Shown here: piece by piece, positions 26,908 to 32,000 of the stretch
Position numbering within the stretch: position 1 is the first letter of the stretch
Layout of the letters: every line of letters begins with the position of its first letter
Assembly: GCA_030668875.1 (NCBI GenBank)
Contig: DAOVER010000007.1
Coordinates: 59,645 to 91,644 of the forward strand
Reading direction: 5' to 3'
DNA: 32,000 nucleotides
Source of the DNA: Candidatus Heimdallarchaeota archaeon
Lineage (GTDB): Archaea > Asgardarchaeota > Heimdallarchaeia > Heimdallarchaeales > Heimdallarchaeaceae
Translations under genes and position numbers: made by a program
Notes under the pieces: generated by a model
Told to the model about the DNA's origin: nothing
What the model saw: only the letters and a program-made list of their open reading frames with translations
Databases searched by the model: none

Positions 26908-27135
26908 TTAATCCTCCTTTTTCATAAGCCAATCGTGATAAGCTCTTTTCCTTTGACGTTCTTTGCGATCTGTTTCTTCATCAGATTCACCCATTTCCTT
27001 TTTGAATTCAGAGCGAATTGTAGATTTTACGCGATCGTATTCACCTCGCTTAAAGGATAAACCACAATCAAGACAAACCATGAAAGGAGCTCTATATTTG
27101 ACTTCTCCCCCACAATCGGGACATCGTGCCATCAT
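26908..27135 (-). CDS. Small zinc-ribbon protein with a charged helical tail
   Basis: CPDCGG...VCLDCG; GGTGA RBS immediately upstream of the start. Confidence 0.85.
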   Translation of the reverse strand: MMARCPDCGGEVKYRAPFMVCLDCGLSFKRGEYDRVKSTIRSEFKKEMGESDEETDRKERQRKRAYHDWLMKKED

Positions 27136-27161
27136 TTCACCTTCTTAATTAATCAAATATG

Positions 27162-27187
27162 AGCATTAAAGTTTAAAAATTAATGCT
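27162..27187. promoter_or_regulatory. Inverted repeat AGCATTAA-N10-TTAATGCT flanking a TATA-like box upstream of the zinc-finger gene pair
   Basis: Read directly. The spacer reads TTTTTAAACT on the minus strand, 35-44 nt upstream of the start at 27135. Confidence 0.35.
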
Positions 27188-27248
27188 TTGTGTCAAGTTT
27201 GGTATTATCTATTACTATAATGTTTAGCGTTAAATATTAACGTGAAAA

Positions 27249-27322
27249 TGGTGCAACTGCCGGGATTCGAACCCGGGTTTGCAGCTTGGGAAGCTGCAGT
27301 CCTACCACTAGACTACAGATGC
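27249..27322 (-). tRNA. tRNA-Gly: tRNA-Gly (anticodon CCC), intronless, CCA encoded
   Basis: Minus strand GCATCTG TA GTCT AGTGGTA GGAC T GCAGC TTCCCAA GCTGC AAAC CCGGG TTCGAAT CCCGG CAGTTGC A CCA folds into a full cloverleaf. Confidence 0.97.
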
Positions 27323-27449
27323 AGTAATCTATTGAAAAAACAAGTATCACATTCTTAATACTTTCTCTATAGAGCTTATATTTGCAAACTTATATATACA
27401 TAGAAAGTGATAATTAGTTAACATTAATCTAATAAAAAAAGGTGAAAAT

Positions 27450-27866
27450 ATGTCAGCTAAGTATTTTTGTGCAAATTGTGGATCTATAGTAGAACAAGGG
27501 ATAAAATTCTGTGCTAATTGTGGGACTGCTGTAAATGCTCAACAACCCCCTCAAAAACAAGCAGCTCCAGCAGCTCAACCTTATACTCCTGCTCAACCTT
27601 ATACTCCTGCACCAATATATGCTCCATCGCAACAAGGCGCTCCTGTAGGTGTATCTCCTCATAATAGAACTGTAACACTATTATTGTGTATTTTTCTAGG
27701 TTATATTGGAATTCATAAATTCTACGTAGGAAAAACAGGAGAAGGAATTGCGTATCTCTTATTATCATGGACAGGTATTCCAGCATTCATAGCTTTTATT
27801 GAGATATTCGTTATTGCTGCTGGTAGTTTCAAAGATGAAAGAGGTTTACCTGTTCTAACTTGGTGA
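27450..27866 (+). CDS. Zinc-ribbon + Pro/Gln/Ala linker + TM2 domain membrane protein
   Basis: CANCG...FCANCG; TM2 signature LLLCIFLGYIGIHKFYVGKTGEGIAYLL; GGTGA RBS upstream. Confidence 0.9.
   Translation: MSAKYFCANCGSIVEQGIKFCANCGTAVNAQQPPQKQAAPAAQPYTPAQPYTPAPIYAPSQQGAPVGVSPHNRTVTLLLCIFLGYIGIHKFYVGKTGEGIAYLLLSWTGIPAFIAFIEIFVIAAGSFKDERGLPVLTW
27573..27610 (+). repeat. Perfect 18-bp tandem duplication (GCTCAACCTTATACTCCT x2) encoding AQPYTP-AQPYTP
   Basis: Read directly at 27573-27590 and 27591-27608. Confidence 0.9.
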
Positions 27867-27910
27867 TAAATTCTCGATACGATATGGAGATTTTTACTCC
27901 ATTATTTTTC

Positions 27911-28033
27911 TTAATAATATGAAATCATCTTGTTCAATGAAGAGACGGGCATCTTTCCCATTGTTGCAGAATCGAGGTAAATCTTAACTTCAGGTATAGT
28001 GAACTCCTCACCAAACCTTGTGATAAATGACAT
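27911..28033 (-). pseudogene. Truncated 40-codon N-terminal fragment of a diverged SufS-like paralog (absent from the ORF track)
   Basis: Hand translation MSFITRFGEEFTIPEVKIYLDSATMGKMPVSSLNKMISYY* aligns without gaps to residues 1-40 of the 29419-start protein, with 21/40 identities. Confidence 0.85.
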
Positions 28034-28228
28034 TAATAAAGAGGAATTTACTAATTGTGTTAAAAGCTTACTAGACTAATATTTATTGAGCAATTCTCTT
28101 GGATAGCATAACATTTCTATAGTTAAAGATTAATATGAAATTAGGAATGATCGAAAGGCATTTGATTTAGCAATTTTGCTATGAGATCAAGAAGCTTAGG
28201 TGACCTAAACCTTAATTTTGTTTTTTCT

Positions 28229-29419
28229 CTAAATTTCTTCCATTATGCTCTTTACAGTTTCAATAAATGTTAATATTTGATCTTCAGTATTATAAATGTG
28301 GGTAGACAATTGTACTAATGAATTCTGCCCTATTTCTTCCATAAACAGATGCGAACATAGAGCTCCACTTCGAACCAATATCTTCTGAATATCTTCCAAG
28401 ATTATTGCAATGTCATGAGCATCAATAGATTCGCTTCTGAAAGAGAGAATGGGACCATTTTCAATGCTGTCTAGATTAATCAATTCAATATTTTGAATGC
28501 TCTTCATCCCCTCAACAAGTTGTCTTCTAAGCTTCTTTTCATGATTGTAAATCAACTCTAACCCAATATTATTGAGAAGTTGTAAACTTTTCGATAACCC
28601 TACAACTGCTGCAATATTAATAGTTCCTGTTTCGAATTTACTATTCCAGTTACTGAGTTTGTAATTGCTTTTGCTTAAAGAAACAATGGAGCCTCCACCA
28701 ACTAACAATGGTTTCATTTCCTCTATAATTTCTTCTGATACGAATTGAAATGCTATACTTTGTGGTCCTAGTGCGCCATTTGTACTTGATGATAGTACTA
28801 CATCGGGCATGACCTTGCTAAAATCAATACTTTCATGCCCAACAAGGTAACTCATATCCATAACAGTACGTATATTGTTGTCTCTGCATAATTTTGAGAT
28901 ACTCTCCCAATTGCGTTTTATACCCATACCTAGAGTTAAAGCTGAAAAGAGAAAAATAGATGAATCTTTTGAAATTCTTTCTTGAAGCACATCTAGAAGA
29001 TTTTGCTCATCATTCATCGATAAATAGCTTATTTTAGAATCAGTAAGTTCACTGAATTTCATAGCTGGTCCAATCAGAGAATGATCTTCTAAAACACTCA
29101 TAATTATTTTACTCTCTTTAACTGGAGAAATTGAGAATAAAGAGTTAAGTACCGCAGTTTCGCGCGAGGGTAGAAAGGATAATTGTTTTGGGTTAATTCT
29201 GAAAATTTGCGCAATGTTTTCCCTTTCTGTTTCTAAAACTTTTGAAGCTTTTATGGCATATTTATGAGTTCCTCTATTCACTCCTCCCCCCTCAGAGTTG
29301 TAATAATCACACATTGCTTTCAAGGTCGTTTTAGGCATTTTCCCTATAGTTGCAGAATCTAAATAGATTTCTTCCTTTGGAATGTCAAATTCGTCTTGAA
29401 TTCTAGAGGCTAAGTTCAT
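28229..29419 (-). CDS. SufS/cysteine-desulfurase-like class V aminotransferase-fold protein lacking the canonical PLP lysine (start reassigned to ATG 29419)
   Basis: YLDSA, EDHS, PLLVGGGS, KFETGT-x-NI and VRSGALCSH match SufS/CsdA. The SGHK motif reads SSTN. The start is supported by the paralog fragment alignment. Confidence 0.88.
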   Translation of the reverse strand: MNLASRIQDEFDIPKEEIYLDSATIGKMPKTTLKAMCDYYNSEGGGVNRGTHKYAIKASKVLETERENIAQIFRINPKQLSFLPSRETAVLNSLFSISPVKESKIIMSVLEDHSLIGPAMKFSELTDSKISYLSMNDEQNLLDVLQERISKDSSIFLFSALTLGMGIKRNWESISKLCRDNNIRTVMDMSYLVGHESIDFSKVMPDVVLSSSTNGALGPQSIAFQFVSEEIIEEMKPLLVGGGSIVSLSKSNYKLSNWNSKFETGTINIAAVVGLSKSLQLLNNIGLELIYNHEKKLRRQLVEGMKSIQNIELINLDSIENGPILSFRSESIDAHDIAIILEDIQKILVRSGALCSHLFMEEIGQNSLVQLSTHIYNTEDQILTFIETVKSIMEEI

Positions 29420-29504
29420 AAACAATTGCTTGAAGAGACATTCAGTTATTAACATTTGTTTTACACCACCATTTTTTTATATATTTTCCAGAAGCGTAGA
29501 TAAG

Positions 29505-29960
29505 ATGGCTACCAAAGCAGAGGATTTTGAAGACAACATTAGGAAATCTATTGAGAAGATTATCACAAGATACGCAATCCTGTTACCTAATTTATCAAAA
29601 TATGAAGACAGCAAGGTTAACCGTGAATTATGGGATATAAGATCAGATTTAGAATATATGATAGTAGAGATAAAGCATTTTCTCAAGAAAGATCTCATCG
29701 AAGAAAGGTGGCAAAAAATTTTTACAAATGAGTTAAAAGGCACTGGATCAAAAACCAAAGCAATTCCAATGCTTAGAGAATATTCTAAAACAGAGAATGA
29801 TTTAATTGAGCTATTTACCAAGGATAAAGAGAAATGTTATAGATACCTATGGAAATTGAAAGAGACAATAACTGTTGTTCTAGCAGCTTTTCCAACGGAA
29901 AAGTTCTCGTTGAAGAATGGCAAGCTCGTAAAAGACAGTGAGGAAATTTTCGAAATATAA
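29505..29960 (+). CDS. Hypothetical all-alpha-helical protein (151 aa, start reassigned to ATG 29505)
   Basis: The track's TTG start lies only 10 bp from the divergent SufS-like start and adds a non-protein-like leader. ATG 29505 follows a TTTATATA box by about 25 nt. Confidence 0.8.
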   Translation: MATKAEDFEDNIRKSIEKIITRYAILLPNLSKYEDSKVNRELWDIRSDLEYMIVEIKHFLKKDLIEERWQKIFTNELKGTGSKTKAIPMLREYSKTENDLIELFTKDKEKCYRYLWKLKETITVVLAAFPTEKFSLKNGKLVKDSEEIFEI

Positions 29961-30015
29961 TCTGTGATTACATCTAACAGTAAGTATAAAATAAGAGAAA
30001 GAGTGTTTTAATATA

Positions 30016-30510
30016 ATGAGCATGAGTCCAACTAGAAAGGAATTTCCCGACGATAAAGATAATATCAGGGAAGCTATGAAACTAGAACGCTTCGTATGTC
30101 CTACCAGAGAAATAAATTACCCTTGTGTGATCTGTAAAGATTGCCAGTTAATGGATTTGAAGCAGTTTGCTTTAAAGAATGGATTCATCGAAAAAACAAA
30201 AAATTCCAGTTTGATATCCCTTATATTAGAAATGCGTGATCCTTTTGATGATATGTTGTTAAAACGTTTAACTCTATCTTTAGCAGATGCTACAGGGATT
30301 GTTCAGAAAGAACCAGAACCTGGTTTTTCCATTACTTTCTATTTATCAGAAGCTTTACTTGAAAAAATAGAAGAAAAAGAGAAATTAGTGGAATTTATTG
30401 CAGACTTTCAGCATAGATTCCTATCTGAAACCATCGCAGCAAGAAGCGCATTAAATAAATGGGAAAGATCGACTACTCAAAGATTAATCTGGGATATGAG
30501 TATAAAATAA
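30016..30510 (+). CDS. ARPC4 (Arp2/3 complex subunit 4, p20)-like protein
   Basis: Near full-length by-eye match to human ARPC4 as recalled: LERF/LENF, N-x-P, IEKTKNSSLIS/IEGSINSVRVS, I-x2-KEP-x-PGFSITF/ILRRKPVEGYDISF, KEKLVEFI/KHKLVDFV, LN-x3-R/VN-x3-R. Length 164 aa vs 168 aa. Confidence 0.82.
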   Translation: MSMSPTRKEFPDDKDNIREAMKLERFVCPTREINYPCVICKDCQLMDLKQFALKNGFIEKTKNSSLISLILEMRDPFDDMLLKRLTLSLADATGIVQKEPEPGFSITFYLSEALLEKIEEKEKLVEFIADFQHRFLSETIAARSALNKWERSTTQRLIWDMSIK

Positions 30511-30541
30511 GGTAAATTTCTTAACCCACTACTGTAGTTGG

Positions 30542-31684
30542 TCATGATACACTTTTCCAATATATTCCCAACTTATCAGCATGGTTTTTTACATTAAACA
30601 TTTCTGTTGTTGTGGGTCTTCTATTAATTTCTGGAAATTCTCCCCTAAGAATTTTATAATCTGGATGATATTGAGCCATAATATTAACAAGAGGTTTTTT
30701 CAGATTCTCTGCAACCCAATCTAATATCGGAATTGAACAACATTCTGTATGTATTGGCATAACTAAGTGACGAATTATATACTCACCACTTCCTCGTTCT
30801 TCTATCATCTTCATGTTTCTCTTTAACGCATCCCAGTAGACAGGTGCTTTAGAATATTTGTTTGCACATTCATTATTAGCATACTTCATATCAGGTAACC
30901 AAATATCGAAAATATCAACTATGAGTTTCATGCTTACATCAGTAAGATACATGTTACTGTTCCACAACATAGGCAGATGGACTTGTGTTTCCAAAAATGA
31001 TTCCAAAATTACATGTAAATTAGGTGTTGGTTCTCCACCTACAAAATTAATGTTTCTGGCATGCTGTTTTCCAAGAGAATAATACATTTGAGCTAAATCT
31101 TTTGGTTCTGTGCCTCTTCCGCGAAATCTTTCTAAACTGAATTCATGACTTATATCGAAATTTTGGCAAAACGAACAATTCATTGTACATCCGTAGAAGA
31201 AGATGGTTCCACTAGGCACAATAGGGCTTTCTTCACCCATGTGTATAAAACCCGAAGAAACGTACGCTTTATCATCTACACCGCATTTCCCAATTTTGCC
31301 TTCTTTTCTATTAATCTTACATCTATTCTCACAAAATTCACAAGCTGAAAGTATATCTTTTAAAATAGTTAGTTTTAGCTTTAGATAGTTCTCTTTTTCT
31401 AGTGTTTCTGGTTTAACTTTAGAGAACACCTCTTTTTCAATCTCAGCTAAAGGTAAGACTTGTTTCTCCGTTATCCATTCTTTGAATTTCGGATAATAAT
31501 GTTCATGTATCTTAAGGAGTTCTTCTTGATCAAGATTTTCCTTAAAAGGTGTATGAAAAAGCCTTGCTAGCTTATATCGAGGTAAACGCTTTTTCTTAAA
31601 TATGTCTCTGTAATTATTTAATCTATCCTTTAACTCATGTTGCTGCCAAACAGTCATTGAATCTCGTCTCATTAAAGGTAACAT
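30542..31684 (-). CDS. PflX-family radical SAM protein (probable start ATG 31684; the track starts at 31699)
   Basis: CEFCENRCKINR...GKC, HMGEE-x-PIVPSGTIFF-x-GCTMNCSFCQNFDIS, NINFVGGEPTP, WNSNMY, DMKYAN-x2-CA, IRHLVMP, NIMAQY-x-P. Confidence 0.92.
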   Translation of the reverse strand: MLPLMRRDSMTVWQQHELKDRLNNYRDIFKKKRLPRYKLARLFHTPFKENLDQEELLKIHEHYYPKFKEWITEKQVLPLAEIEKEVFSKVKPETLEKENYLKLKLTILKDILSACEFCENRCKINRKEGKIGKCGVDDKAYVSSGFIHMGEESPIVPSGTIFFYGCTMNCSFCQNFDISHEFSLERFRGRGTEPKDLAQMYYSLGKQHARNINFVGGEPTPNLHVILESFLETQVHLPMLWNSNMYLTDVSMKLIVDIFDIWLPDMKYANNECANKYSKAPVYWDALKRNMKMIEERGSGEYIIRHLVMPIHTECCSIPILDWVAENLKKPLVNIMAQYHPDYKILRGEFPEINRRPTTTEMFNVKNHADKLGIYWKSVS

Positions 31685-31930
31685 GGTTAAATATACCATA
31701 TAACTATGAGATATTTATTACTTTTTGAATTTTCGACCTGTTGAGAAGAATTTTTACTAAATGGGGCTAAAACTGGAACAAGTGTAAATTTTTCTTCTTC
31801 ATAAAAGGTACATTTTATTACATATTTTCATGATGTCTATTTGTCTTCTTGTCTTCTTAGACAAAGCTAGGTACATGTCGTGCTTAGAGGTCATGATATA
31901 GGGCGAAGATACTCTATACTCACTCTTAGT

Positions 31931-32000
31931 GGATACATCACGTATCCTCCTACCCCGTTCGCACTACGTTTAGGTAGGGCTTTCGGATCGCTTTTTATCA
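31931..32000 (-). mobile_element. GC-richer hairpin cluster at the window edge, possibly the end of an IS200/IS605-family element
   Basis: Stems GGATAC/GTATCC and CCTACC/GGTAGG with an internal CGT/ACG pair. Minus strand GAAAGCC-[hairpin]-GGAGGA resembles remembered tnpB right-end layouts. No transposase lies inside the window. Confidence 0.3.

Noticed and set aside
27136-27322. tRNA-Gly as an integration site of a mobile element
   Set aside because: No integrase in the window, I saw no duplicated tRNA 3' end, and genes downstream of the tRNA 3' end look like ordinary chromosomal genes.
27867-27911. Stop-codon readthrough or frameshift continuing the SufS-like fragment
   Set aside because: The stop is TAA (not a Sec/Pyl codon) with another TAA three codons later, and the other frames give no convincing continuation of similarity.
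28168-28210. Short palindromes TAGCAA-TT-TTGCTA and TTAGGT-G-ACCTAA downstream of the SufS-like gene
   Set aside because: Six-bp arms are within chance expectation; at most terminator-like, with no supporting context.
851-31388. Short antisense or overlapping ORFs in the track (e.g. 851-1036, 1437-1691, 2621-2836, 4126-4338, 5629-5958, 12392-12700, 20278-20595, 27514-27786, 29477-29821, 30858-31082)
   Set aside because: They are shadows of well-supported genes on the opposite strand or frame, with no motifs or RBS support.

Overview
AT-rich (roughly one-third G+C by eye), gene-dense archaeal chromosomal segment, most likely from an Asgard archaeon of the Heimdallarchaeia type. The taxonomic call is inferred from a full-length ARPC4 (Arp2/3 subunit 4)-like gene, a longin-domain gene, an archaeal PolB, a geranylgeranyl reductase and GGTGA/GGAGG-type ribosome-binding sites. 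Most of the window is housekeeping or metabolic: etfAB, M42 peptidase, GNAT, a MacB/LolCDE-type ABC system, GGR, DinB, CDF, tldD/pmbA, two radical SAM enzymes, Nudix, MFS, LarA family and tRNA-Gly(CCC). I saw no integrase, transposase ORF or CRISPR array. The notable signals are: (i) eukaryotic-signature candidates (ARPC4-like protein with an extra Cys cluster, a co-oriented helical neighbour with faint ARPC3-like segments, a longin+roadblock-like didomain, a ZZ/C1-like Cys protein); (ii) a PolB with an intact polymerase site but an eroded proofreading site, with a perfect palindrome over its TATA box; (iii) several apparent pseudoenzymes, notably a SufS-like protein lacking the PLP lysine, followed by an unannotated 40-codon remnant of a diverged paralog; (iv) an ABC ATPase fused to a ~390-aa unknown domain; (v) an in-frame triple repeat inside an MFS gene; (vi) a structured element at the right edge, possibly an IS200/IS605 end. 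All family comparisons were made by eye against remembered consensus sequences, and no database search was run.
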